A stretch of DNA of 64,000 bases from Candidatus Bathyarchaeota archaeon (GTDB lineage: Archaea > Thermoproteota > Bathyarchaeia > Bathyarchaeales > Bathycorpusculaceae), in assembly GCA_963815095.1 (NCBI GenBank), contig CAWFFH010000003.1, positions 800,001-864,000 of the forward strand, given 5' to 3'. How positions within the stretch are numbered: the first letter of the stretch is position 1; each line of letters starts with the position of its first letter. A model generated the notes under the pieces. The model was not told the origin of the DNA. It made no database searches and saw nothing but the letters and a program-made list of their open reading frames with translations. This document shows, in pieces, positions 10,435 through 19,661 of the stretch. The position numbers were made by a program, and so were the translations under genes.

Positions 10435-11478
10435 TTAAGGCTTAGATTGGGCGGTTTTGACAATTTTGATTAGTGTATGTTTTAAGAAGGGAGGTAGGTC
10501 CACAGTGGGATAATTTGGCACTTTAGAATTATCATGTTTGGAGATTACAGATACCCCAAAAAATTTGCTCGCATCTACCCAATCCACAAAGTCGGTTGGC
10601 AACAGGTTTTTCTTGTAATCGTCATCCATTTTCGCAGCAGCCAAAAGCCACATTCCAGCCGATGGATTCTTCTTGAGAATTTCAACCAAATCTCCAGCAG
10701 TAACCATTAAGCCTTCAGTTTTGGAAACTTCCACGGCCAATTTTTCAAGCGGCAAATGCCTCTCTTTGAGCCTGTCTAACACTGTGCGGCAAGCCCAAAT
10801 CGGCTCTTGCTTAAGCAATGCCTCAGTTACAGCATGTCTCGCACAATATCCCACTATCTTGCCTAACTTCGACGCCGGACCCGCTAAGATTAGCTTTTTA
10901 CCCCTACAAGTTGAGGCAATGGTGACGCTGTCGGTTATTGAACCTGTAGCGGAATCGCCAGTATAGCGGCTTCGGACATCAAAATCCCGCAGCACAGCTG
11001 ACTTGGCTTCAGTAGCTGTAATTAACGCGGCAACCATACAACTCTCCGATGGGTTCCCGTCGATGAAAACGATGATGTTTATGGTGCCCATGAGTTCCTG
11101 GACATCCATCTCTTCACCTGAAGATTCGCCATGTGAACAGCCCGCGGTTGCAACAACGTGAACTGAGAAGTTGTCGGCTTTTTTAGTGACTAAACTGTAA
11201 TTTTTAATTTTTGCTGCTGTAACCATAGCAAGGTAGTCTTTAGTTAATCCCACTTTTCCCGCGGATGTTGTGATAAGTTCGAGCGGGTCAAGATGCAAGG
11301 AGCGGTCGCTGTAGCCTTCAGGCACTCCTACATTAAGGACAGCTTTAACCTGATTGTATCCGCCATTATAGATTGCTGAGCTAACTGTTTTTAAAGCATT
11401 ATTACAAAAAACGCCTAGTACGTTCTCTTTCAAAACAAATCTTACGCCTTCAGCAAGCTCCAGTTCTTCCAAACCCAT
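10435..11478 (-). CDS. cbiZ: Adenosylcobinamide amidohydrolase CbiZ
   Basis: SSAIYNGG, AMVTAA, VATAG, GTINI, TATEAKS, ATGSITD motifs. Confidence 0.9.
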   Translation of the reverse strand: MGLEELELAEGVRFVLKENVLGVFCNNALKTVSSAIYNGGYNQVKAVLNVGVPEGYSDRSLHLDPLELITTSAGKVGLTKDYLAMVTAAKIKNYSLVTKKADNFSVHVVATAGCSHGESSGEEMDVQELMGTINIIVFIDGNPSESCMVAALITATEAKSAVLRDFDVRSRYTGDSATGSITDSVTIASTCRGKKLILAGPASKLGKIVGYCARHAVTEALLKQEPIWACRTVLDRLKERHLPLEKLAVEVSKTEGLMVTAGDLVEILKKNPSAGMWLLAAAKMDDDYKKNLLPTDFVDWVDASKFFGVSVISKHDNSKVPNYPTVDLPPFLKHTLIKIVKTAQSKP

Positions 11479-11487
11479 TTCACACAG

Positions 11488-11718
11488 CTATTTTTGGGGT
11501 CTACTGTCATTTATAGTGATGGCTTTTGTGGGACAGAGATTAACACAGACACCACAACGCGTGCACTGTACGACGTCGATAACCTGGGGTTTGCGGTTCT
11601 TGCCTTCTTCGAGGGCCCCAACTGGACAAATGCCGATGCAGATTTGCCCAGTGCACGGTTGGCACTTTGCCGCGTCGATTGTAACTGGGGCTTTTCGCTT
11701 GTCCATTTGAATCAACAA
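11488..11718 (-). CDS. 2[4Fe-4S]-type ferredoxin
   Basis: CQPCTGQICIGICP and CTRCGVCVNLCP. Confidence 0.9.
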   Translation of the reverse strand: MLIQMDKRKAPVTIDAAKCQPCTGQICIGICPVGALEEGKNRKPQVIDVVQCTRCGVCVNLCPTKAITINDSRPQK

Positions 11719-11758
11719 TTAAATAAGCACCGATAATATATTTGTTGCGAGCAAGGTA

Positions 11759-12661
11759 TTGGGCATGAAAATAGGCTTAGTCACATACACTCCTGAAAGG
11801 GTCGAAGGTTTTAACCCGCATGTTTTCTTCGCCAAATGGGTTGATGGACAAGTTTTTCCCGCAGCCGAAGGAATGCAGAATGATGTGACTGTTTTCTGCG
11901 ATGCCAAAGCAATCCGCGAGGACCCAAGCATCGTTGCCCTCTCAAAAGGCGGACCAGCACTACGCCGCAATAGAAAATCCAATTTAGCTTTTGACTTCGT
12001 CTGCCCAACTCATCCACAATACCGCGCGAAAGTCTTTGACTATCTTGACACCATTTCAAAACAGGACATAAGCGGCGTCACACTGAATCTATACCACTTT
12101 CCAGACCAAGATTATTGCATCTGTCCAAGATGTACCGAGCAAAGGCAGAAAAGCGGCTTGGATTGGACACAATGGCGAGCCCAGACAATAACGTCTTTTC
12201 TGAAAGAAGCAAAAACTCATTGCAAGGGCACTTTTGCTGTGGAAATGTTTCCTGACCCCGTCTTGGCTAAAGAACGGTTTGGAATAGACTTCAGCGCGAT
12301 AGCTGAACTGGTGGATTATTTCCATGTACCTCTTTCATCGAGGGATTATTTGACTAATTATTGGGTTGACACAATAGTCCGCGACTTCGTTGCCATCCTA
12401 AAGAAACCTGTGGTGGTAGAGCTCAGCGCTGAAATGCCCACTGACGAAAAACTTGACGCGCTACTAAAAACGGTTGCTTACATTTCCCGCCATAAAATCG
12501 AGGCTGTTTTGCTGCTTGTGCATAACTCGGAAAACGCTCGGCAAGTGACAAGGTTTGCTGTACAGAACGCTGACTTCCGCGAATGGCTAGCAAAGTATGA
12601 GTTTGCGGAAATGAACCGAATCGTTGACGATTGGGCCAAGACTTCTTTATTTAAACCCTGA
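11759..12661 (+). CDS. Uncharacterised TIM-barrel-like protein, paralog of 9465..10367
   Basis: FVCPTHP, HFPDQDYCICPRC, WTQWRA, PDP..AKERFGIDF, DYFHVP; colinear with the paralog over its full length (likely start ATG 11765). Confidence 0.75.
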   Translation: MGMKIGLVTYTPERVEGFNPHVFFAKWVDGQVFPAAEGMQNDVTVFCDAKAIREDPSIVALSKGGPALRRNRKSNLAFDFVCPTHPQYRAKVFDYLDTISKQDISGVTLNLYHFPDQDYCICPRCTEQRQKSGLDWTQWRAQTITSFLKEAKTHCKGTFAVEMFPDPVLAKERFGIDFSAIAELVDYFHVPLSSRDYLTNYWVDTIVRDFVAILKKPVVVELSAEMPTDEKLDALLKTVAYISRHKIEAVLLLVHNSENARQVTRFAVQNADFREWLAKYEFAEMNRIVDDWAKTSLFKP

Positions 12662-12720
12662 CATGTTGACCATATGTCAACAAAAGAAATTAGTGGCCAA
12701 CACGGTGGGCGGTTCCAAGG

Positions 12721-13473
12721 TTAAGCTTTGCTGAGTTGCGCTCGGTAGTCTCTTAACACTTGCATGTCTAAGTCCGCGCTTAAAATCGAGTCTTCCGGTG
12801 AATCGGTGACTTCTCCAAGAACGCCCCATGGGGCGATAATTGCGCTTCGTCCTCCTCTCATGTTGGAGCAAACGTTGCCGACTTTTAAGATGTAGAAACC
12901 GAAGTTTCTCGCAATTCCAACCGTTAAGGGGTGACCTTGAACTGTGGGATGGGTTCCCATTGCAGCTACGGGCAACGAGATGATTTCCGCACCCATCATA
13001 GCTACTTTGGTTACGACATCTGGGTTGAAGGTGTCAGCGCACACAATCATTCCTAGCTTGCCCAAATTTGTGTCAACCACGACGGGCTCAAAGCCTTTGG
13101 AGACACCTGCTTCCGTCTCCGCTTTTATGGGGCTGATTTTCTTGTATTTAGCCAGCATTTTACCGTTTTTCCAGAGTGTGCTTGTATTGTAATATTTGCT
13201 TTCGTCTTCTTCTAGTACAGTGCCGCCCAGAAGGTAGATTTCTCCGATGGTTCTTGAGACTTCCTCGAGGAACTGCAGTGTTTTTTTGGAGGTTTCCTGT
13301 GAGATTTTTTGGGCATTAGTGAAGTCGGCCATGCAGTTGGGAACGGTAAAGTATTCGGGAAGGGCGATTAGAGCTGGTTTTTGTTTTGCGGCTTTGAGGA
13401 CGGCGGTTTTGGCGGCGGTTAGGTTGTCTTGTAGTGTGAGGCGGATTTTCATGTGTAGTACGCTGACTTTCAT
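12721..13473 (-). CDS. Carbon-nitrogen hydrolase (nitrilase superfamily)
   Basis: Glu-Lys-Cys triad in ALPEYF / YKKIS / IVCAD; GRSAIIAPWG; likely start ATG 13473. Confidence 0.9.
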   Translation of the reverse strand: MKVSVLHMKIRLTLQDNLTAAKTAVLKAAKQKPALIALPEYFTVPNCMADFTNAQKISQETSKKTLQFLEEVSRTIGEIYLLGGTVLEEDESKYYNTSTLWKNGKMLAKYKKISPIKAETEAGVSKGFEPVVVDTNLGKLGMIVCADTFNPDVVTKVAMMGAEIISLPVAAMGTHPTVQGHPLTVGIARNFGFYILKVGNVCSNMRGGRSAIIAPWGVLGEVTDSPEDSILSADLDMQVLRDYRAQLSKA

Positions 13474-13690
13474 GCAGGATGCCTTCTGTTTTGTGTATTG
13501 ATTTTTGTTTTTGAGCATTTAAACTTAATTGGTTAATGTGATTATTGGACTATTCTTCGCGAATGGTGGCCGTTTGTCCAGCATTATTTTGGAGTTCCGC
13601 ACAGATGTCTATTAATTGACGCCATTTATATGCATGCGGATAACCTTAAATACTGCCTGAAAGACAAACTCTGTAAAGCGAGGGACAAAA

Positions 13691-14674
13691 ATGGCAATAA
13701 ACGAATCAGAGGTTAACAAACTCCTCCCCGAAGTAAGAACCCTAATTAACAAAGTCGTCAAGAAAAACATGGCAGACGGCTTCCTATTCTCAGCTGGAAC
13801 CGACACCCAAATAATCGCCTACGAAGCAGTCAAATACAACCCCGACATACCCTGCCTCACATTAGCCTTCAAACACGGTCAGCCCAAAGACACCGAATAC
13901 GTCAAGAAAATGGTTGCACTCCTTCACCTTAAACACGAAACCTACCAATTCGGCAAAGAAGATGTAATGAAATTTTTCCCCAAAGTCGTCGAAGCACTCA
14001 AAAAATACGACCCCATGGAAATCAGAAACAGCCTCCCAGTCTACATCGGCTTAACTCTTCTAAAACCCAAAGGAATAAAAACCGTTTTTACAGGAGACGC
14101 CTTAGACGAGCTTTTTGGTTACCCCTGGCAATTCCATCTGTCCGAAGAACAGTTCGCCGTGAAACAACAGGAAATGTGGGCTGAAATGGGGTTCTCCTCA
14201 TTCCCGATGGCAGAGTCTCTTGGAATGCAAATCAAAGCACCCTACAGAGATCCCGAATTCATGGCTTGGGCAATGAAACTACCTATCAAATACAAGATTA
14301 ACATGTACAACGGCGTAAAATACGGCAAATGGATTCTGCGCAAAGCGTACGAAGACGTCATACCTAACGACATAATTTGGAGGCCCAAAGCACCCTTGGA
14401 AGCCGGAACAGGAACAGAAACATTACGCACCTACTTCAACGACATGATAACCGACAAAGAGTTCAATGAGAAGAAAGTAGCCATAAAAGCAGCCGACGAC
14501 GTGGAAATCCAAGATAAAGAACAGCTTCTCTACTACGAGGTCTTCCGTCAAAAATTCGGCAAACCAAAAGACGTGTTCCCAAAAGTCGAAGGCGCAATAC
14601 AATGTCCCAAATGCCACAGCTATATTAAAACTAAGATACAATTCTGCAAAACATGCGGAGCTTATCCCATCTAA
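13691..14674 (+). CDS. Asparagine-synthetase C-terminal (ATP pyrophosphatase) domain protein lacking glutaminase domain, with C-terminal Zn ribbon
   Basis: PP-loop variant FSAGTDT, TGDALDELFGY, KWILRKAY, WRPKAP; CPKC...CKTC. Confidence 0.85.
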   Translation: MAINESEVNKLLPEVRTLINKVVKKNMADGFLFSAGTDTQIIAYEAVKYNPDIPCLTLAFKHGQPKDTEYVKKMVALLHLKHETYQFGKEDVMKFFPKVVEALKKYDPMEIRNSLPVYIGLTLLKPKGIKTVFTGDALDELFGYPWQFHLSEEQFAVKQQEMWAEMGFSSFPMAESLGMQIKAPYRDPEFMAWAMKLPIKYKINMYNGVKYGKWILRKAYEDVIPNDIIWRPKAPLEAGTGTETLRTYFNDMITDKEFNEKKVAIKAADDVEIQDKEQLLYYEVFRQKFGKPKDVFPKVEGAIQCPKCHSYIKTKIQFCKTCGAYPI

Positions 14675-14767
14675 TTCCTTCTTTATTTTTTTGAAAAACG
14701 CCATTTTAACTGCTTTTTTCAGGAAAGACTTAATTCTTTAGTCTGTACTTTTGGAAAACAAAAAGGG

Positions 14768-15844
14768 TTGAGTCTGATGGCTAAGCTGAGTGATTTGAAG
14801 TGGGCTATGGGCACAAGCATCTTTGCCGCTAGCTTCATCTTTGGCATATTTTTACTAGGTGTTATTTTCCTGCTACAATATTATGTAGTGGGTTTTGACT
14901 TAGTAACCGGTTTGATTTTGGCTCTAGGCGGTACTTTATTGTTCATACTCTTCGAATACGCAATCGGTCCAGTCATAGTCTCCTTAACCACCCGTTTACA
15001 CTTTCTAAAGCCCGGAGAGAATCCATGGTTGGAAAACACCGTTAAGGAGTTAGCTGCCAAAAGCAATATTCCGATGCCTAAACTGGCCATTGTCCCAAAT
15101 AATACCCCTAACGCCTTCACTTATGGTCGAACCAGTAGCAGCGCCGTTCTGGCGGTTCATGAAGGGCTCCTTAGAAGCCTCAATGAAGATGAGATTCGGG
15201 GAGTAATCGCCCATGAACTTGGACATATTAAACATAAAGATTACATTGTAATGACAGTTCTTTCAGCTCTGCCGCTTATTGCTTATTGGATAGCGCAGAT
15301 TGCATTAAACGCAGCATGGTTTAGTGGTGGATCCTCAAGAAGAAACAAAGACCAGGGAAACGCTGGTATCGTACTCATTGTTATCGGTGTTGCCTCTTTT
15401 GTAGTTTATATCCTGAGCTTTCTTGCCGTAATGCGTCTTAGCAGATTACGTGAACACTTCGCCGATGCATACAGCGCTTACCTAACAGGAAACCCCCGAA
15501 ACCTTCAAAGCGCCCTTGCGAAAATTACCTACGGTTTATCTCTTGCTCCAAAAGCTACTGCGGAAGCGCGGAGCTTCTATATAGAAGACCCAAGCCAAGC
15601 AAAACAGGAAGTTGCTGAAATAATGAATAAAAAAGATGAATACGACCTTGACCACGACGGCGTTTTGGACCAGCGCGAGTTAGAGTTGGCGATGGAGAAA
15701 GAATCAAAGAGTACATGGGTACAAATGAACAGTTTATTTGCTACGCATCCACCAACTTTTAAGCGCATTTTGCTCCTAAAAGAAATCGAACAGGAAATGG
15801 GCACTGGGAATTACAGCAATGACAATATGTATAATCATGTGTAA
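14768..15844 (+). CDS. htpX: HtpX-type M48 zinc metalloprotease
   Basis: PNAFTYG, HELGH, SRLREHFAD, FATHPP; TM helices. Confidence 0.92.
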   Translation: MSLMAKLSDLKWAMGTSIFAASFIFGIFLLGVIFLLQYYVVGFDLVTGLILALGGTLLFILFEYAIGPVIVSLTTRLHFLKPGENPWLENTVKELAAKSNIPMPKLAIVPNNTPNAFTYGRTSSSAVLAVHEGLLRSLNEDEIRGVIAHELGHIKHKDYIVMTVLSALPLIAYWIAQIALNAAWFSGGSSRRNKDQGNAGIVLIVIGVASFVVYILSFLAVMRLSRLREHFADAYSAYLTGNPRNLQSALAKITYGLSLAPKATAEARSFYIEDPSQAKQEVAEIMNKKDEYDLDHDGVLDQRELELAMEKESKSTWVQMNSLFATHPPTFKRILLLKEIEQEMGTGNYSNDNMYNHV

Positions 15845-15938
15845 TACTCTTTTTTTGCCTAAAAATGTTGAATTACATGCGAAGACTAATATCCACCCAG
15901 AAATAAATTACTAACAAACCTCAAAAGAGAAACCAAAA

Positions 15939-16145
15939 ATGGTAAATTACTGTCCAGAGTGCGGTGGAGAAATACAATATATCTCGTTGACTAAACATTA
16001 CGTCTGCAAAAGCTGCGGATTATCCTGTACAGGACAGGAACTCAATGACTTGCATGACAAGAATAGGCCTGCCGATGAAACCGCTGAAGAAGTTAGACAA
16101 AACCGCAGAAAAGAATACCTTAAATGGTATCTTAGCAAAAAATAA
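15939..16145 (+). CDS. Small zinc-ribbon protein
   Basis: CPECGG...CKSCG. Confidence 0.75.
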   Translation: MVNYCPECGGEIQYISLTKHYVCKSCGLSCTGQELNDLHDKNRPADETAEEVRQNRRKEYLKWYLSKK

Positions 16146-16268
16146 AATTGCCAAAAAAAGGGTAATCACCTTTTTCGTTAGCCTTGACGCTGTTTTATCA
16201 GCGCCTATAACTAAAGAATTAACTTTAAATCGACTCGCCCGGTTAATTAAAATGGTGTAGGCGACTTT

Positions 16269-16835
16269 ATGTTTCAGCGAGTTAATGTTCTGGCTTTTGC
16301 GGGAAGTCTACGCAAAGGCTCATTTAACAAGGCCCTAATCCGTGCCGCCGTGGAATTGGCACCCGAAAACGTTGTAATCGAAGTTTTTGATTTAGAAGGT
16401 ATTCCGCCGTTTAACCAAGACTTTGAAGCTACTCCACCTCAAAGAGTCAAAGAGTTTAAGGAGAAAATCAGAGAGGCTGATGCCCTTTTGATAGCCACCC
16501 CCGAATATAATTATTCGGTTTCAGGAGTTTTAAAAAACGCGCTTGATTGCGCCTCAAGACCAAGAGTGGATATGCCTTTGGAAGGTAAACCTGTAGCCAT
16601 CATGAGCGCTTCAACTGGAAGATTTGGCGGTGCAAGGGCACAGTATCATCTGCGGCAATCATTCATTTTTCTCAACATGCTACCCATTAACCGCCCTGAA
16701 GTCATGCTTACAGATTCAATGCACAATGTTGATGCCAATGGAAATCTAACCAACGAGCAAACACGCAAACTCATCGTGCAACTGCTCGAAGCGCTCGCAG
16801 CATGGACCATTAAACTCAAAGATAAGCCACAATAA
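16269..16835 (+). CDS. NAD(P)H-dependent FMN reductase (ChrR/SsuE flavodoxin-like)
   Basis: GSLRKGSFN, TPEYNYS, LKNALD, GGARAQ. Confidence 0.92.
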   Translation: MFQRVNVLAFAGSLRKGSFNKALIRAAVELAPENVVIEVFDLEGIPPFNQDFEATPPQRVKEFKEKIREADALLIATPEYNYSVSGVLKNALDCASRPRVDMPLEGKPVAIMSASTGRFGGARAQYHLRQSFIFLNMLPINRPEVMLTDSMHNVDANGNLTNEQTRKLIVQLLEALAAWTIKLKDKPQ

Positions 16836-16909
16836 CTTCACCAGTTTTCACGTTGACACAGCAAAGCCTTAAAATGGCAATGTGTCTCGTAAAGTATTGG
16901 CGAATCAAT

Positions 16910-18208
16910 ATGAGAGTCATAGCTGACCTGCACATTCACGGTCGTTTCAGCCGAGCAACAAGCGAACAAATGAATATTCCCGAAATAGGTAAGTACGCAA
17001 AAATTAAGGGACTCAACCTAATTGGTACAGGCGATTTTACTCATCCCGATTGGCTCAAGGAAATCAAACAGACCCTGACGCCCGAGCAAGATACAGGGCT
17101 CTTCAAACTAACCCATATGGATTCTGCGATACGTTTCATTCTTCAAACTGAAGTTTGCACGATCTTTGATTACAAGGGCGAATCCAAAAAAATCCACCAC
17201 GTCATATTAACTCCAAGCTTAGAAACCGCTATTCAAATCAATGAGCGCCTTCAAAGCTTTGGGAGTTTAAGCTCAGACGGCAGACCAATCCTTAATGTAT
17301 CCGCTCCTCAATTTGTTGAAGAAGTTATGGCAGTTTCAGATGATAACATAGTATTTCCAGCACACGCTTGGACACCATGGTTTAGCATCTTCGGAGCATT
17401 TAGCGGCTTTGACACAATGGAAGACTGCTACCAAGACATGACCAAACACATCCATGCGTTGGAAACGGGTTTATCATCTGACCCGCCTATGAATTGGCGT
17501 CTCAGCAAACTTGACAGATACACGTTGATTTCTAATAGTGACTGTCACAGTTTTTGGCCTTGGCGCATCGGCAGAGAAGCCAACGCGTTTGAGTTGGAAA
17601 CGTTCAGCTACAAAGAAGTCACAGAAATAATAATCGCTAAAGATTCTTCACACTTCAAGTTCACCATTGAAACTGACCCTGCCTATGGCAAGTATCATTT
17701 GACAGGGCACAGAAACTGCAAAGTTTCCCTATCACCAGCCGAAGCCACAAAATTCGGCAACATCTGCCCTGTTTGCCACAGAAGTCTCACTAAAGGTGTC
17801 GAGCAACGGGTGGAAGAACTCGCTGATCGCCCAGCAGATTTTAAGCGTGAAGGTGCACATGGGTTTATGAGGTTGCTTCCGCTCTCCGAAATCATCGCGG
17901 CAGTGCTTGGGACTGATTCGCCTGCAACTAAGGCCGTTTGGAAAAACTATAATTTGTTAACGGAGAAATTCAGTGATGAGTACAAGGTGCTGATTGATGC
18001 GCCTTTAGATGCGTTGGCACAAGTGGTGGGTGCATCGATTGCACAGGTTATCGTTAAGGTTAGAGAGGGTAATGCTAAAGTTACACCGGGATACGACGGT
18101 GTTTACGGTCAACTGGTTTTAGGCATCAATGTTCCTCCAGCTGTTAAACTCAAGCCTAAACTAATTCAACCAATTGTTAAGCAGAAGAGTATGACTGATT
18201 TCTGGTAA
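16910..18208 (+). CDS. endoQ: Endonuclease Q family (PHP domain plus Zn finger) DNA-repair nuclease
   Basis: ADLHIHGRFSRATS, GTGDFTHP, PAHAWTPW, ETGLSSD, SNSDCHS, GKYH..GHR.C, CPVC; C-terminal PIP-box-like QKSMTDFW. Confidence 0.88.
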   Translation: MRVIADLHIHGRFSRATSEQMNIPEIGKYAKIKGLNLIGTGDFTHPDWLKEIKQTLTPEQDTGLFKLTHMDSAIRFILQTEVCTIFDYKGESKKIHHVILTPSLETAIQINERLQSFGSLSSDGRPILNVSAPQFVEEVMAVSDDNIVFPAHAWTPWFSIFGAFSGFDTMEDCYQDMTKHIHALETGLSSDPPMNWRLSKLDRYTLISNSDCHSFWPWRIGREANAFELETFSYKEVTEIIIAKDSSHFKFTIETDPAYGKYHLTGHRNCKVSLSPAEATKFGNICPVCHRSLTKGVEQRVEELADRPADFKREGAHGFMRLLPLSEIIAAVLGTDSPATKAVWKNYNLLTEKFSDEYKVLIDAPLDALAQVVGASIAQVIVKVREGNAKVTPGYDGVYGQLVLGINVPPAVKLKPKLIQPIVKQKSMTDFW

Positions 18209-18274
18209 GCCACAATATTCAAGCAAATTGTTTAATTCCCCCAAACAATTCTATTTTGAAAGGTACCGATTACC

Positions 18275-19661
18275 TTGAAAGACCTTCTAACCAAAATCAA
18301 CAAGATAGCCACCCAAAAGTTTGGCGCCCAATATGCTGAAGCCCGAGCCCAAAAACTCTACAAAACTGCCCTCACCCTAAAAGAGGAACGCGTAGAAGCC
18401 GCCAAACAGGGAATTGAAAACGGCGTCGCCCTCCGAGTGCTCGTGAATGGTGCTTGGGGTTTTGCGTCAGTGGGCTCGTTGGATTCGACTATTTTGGAGG
18501 ATGCTGTATCAGATGCTTGTAGGATGGCTAAACTTGCAAGCGGACGGCTAAAAACACCCATTAAACTAGCATATGCCAAAGTTGTGGAGGACCATGTTTT
18601 ATCCAAGCCAAAGAAGAATCCCGCGGACATCCCGATAGAAGACAAAATAAAAACTGCTCTTGCCGTAAACAAGACGAGTTTGAGCTTTGACAAACGCATC
18701 AAAAGTTGCTCAATAGATTACTTTGATTTGACTGGATCAAGCTTTTTCTTGAACAGTGAGGGCACGAGTATAGAGCAGGACAAGTTGTATGTCTGGGCAA
18801 GGATGACTGCTTCTGCCGTAACTGAAGGCGTCTTCACTTTTAGTCGGGAAGAAATTGGTTCCACAAAAGGTTACGAACTCTTCGATGAACAAGCCCCTGA
18901 AGCGTTAGGTGAGAAAGTTGCCAAGCTTGCGATTGAACAATTAAATGCCAAAGCTCCGAAGGGTGGAAAATTTCCCGTTGTTTTGGGTCCCAATGTTGTG
19001 GGGGTTTTTGTTCATGAAGCGTTTGGGCATTTGGCTGAAGCTGATTTGGCTCTTTCAGGTGGAGTGTTGGCTGATAATTTTGGGAAAAAAATTGGTTCTA
19101 ATTTGGTAACGTTTTATGATGATGGCACAATTGATGGAGCGTTTGGTGCATTCAAATACGATGATGAAGGCGTTCCAGCTCAGAAAACCTTGCTCATAAA
19201 AGACGGCGTAGTATCTGGCTTGATGCATAACCGCGAAACCGCATCAGAAATTTAATGCTCAACCCACTGGTAACGCGCGGGCAGAAGACTTCCGTGTGGA
19301 GCCAATCATTCGGATGCGTTGTACTTATATGGCACCCAGAGACCAAACCTTCGAAGAATTAATTGAAGATGTAAAGTCAGGTTATTACTTTAAGAGTTTT
19401 AGGGGCGGGCAAGCGAACCTTGACGGCACTTTCCAAGTGGGCATTCAAGAAGGCTACGAAATTGTGAACGGCAAAATCGGCGCCCCCGTCCGCAACGCAT
19501 CAATAAGCGGAAATACTCTTGAAACATTGCATCAGGTGGATGCTGTGGGAAAGGATTTCCTCTTAGACCCTGGTCGATGCGGCAAGGGTCAGACAGCTTT
19601 TATTAGTGACGGTGGACCGCACATTAGAATCAGTAAGGTGGTTGTCGGTGGCAGTGCTTGA
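18275..19661 (+). pseudogene. tldD: TldD metalloprotease, interrupted by a +1 frameshift near 19244-19255
   Basis: HEAFGH, YDDEG in frame 1; continuation QKFNAQPTGNARA...PIIRM...CGKGQ in the +1 frame. Confidence 0.85.
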
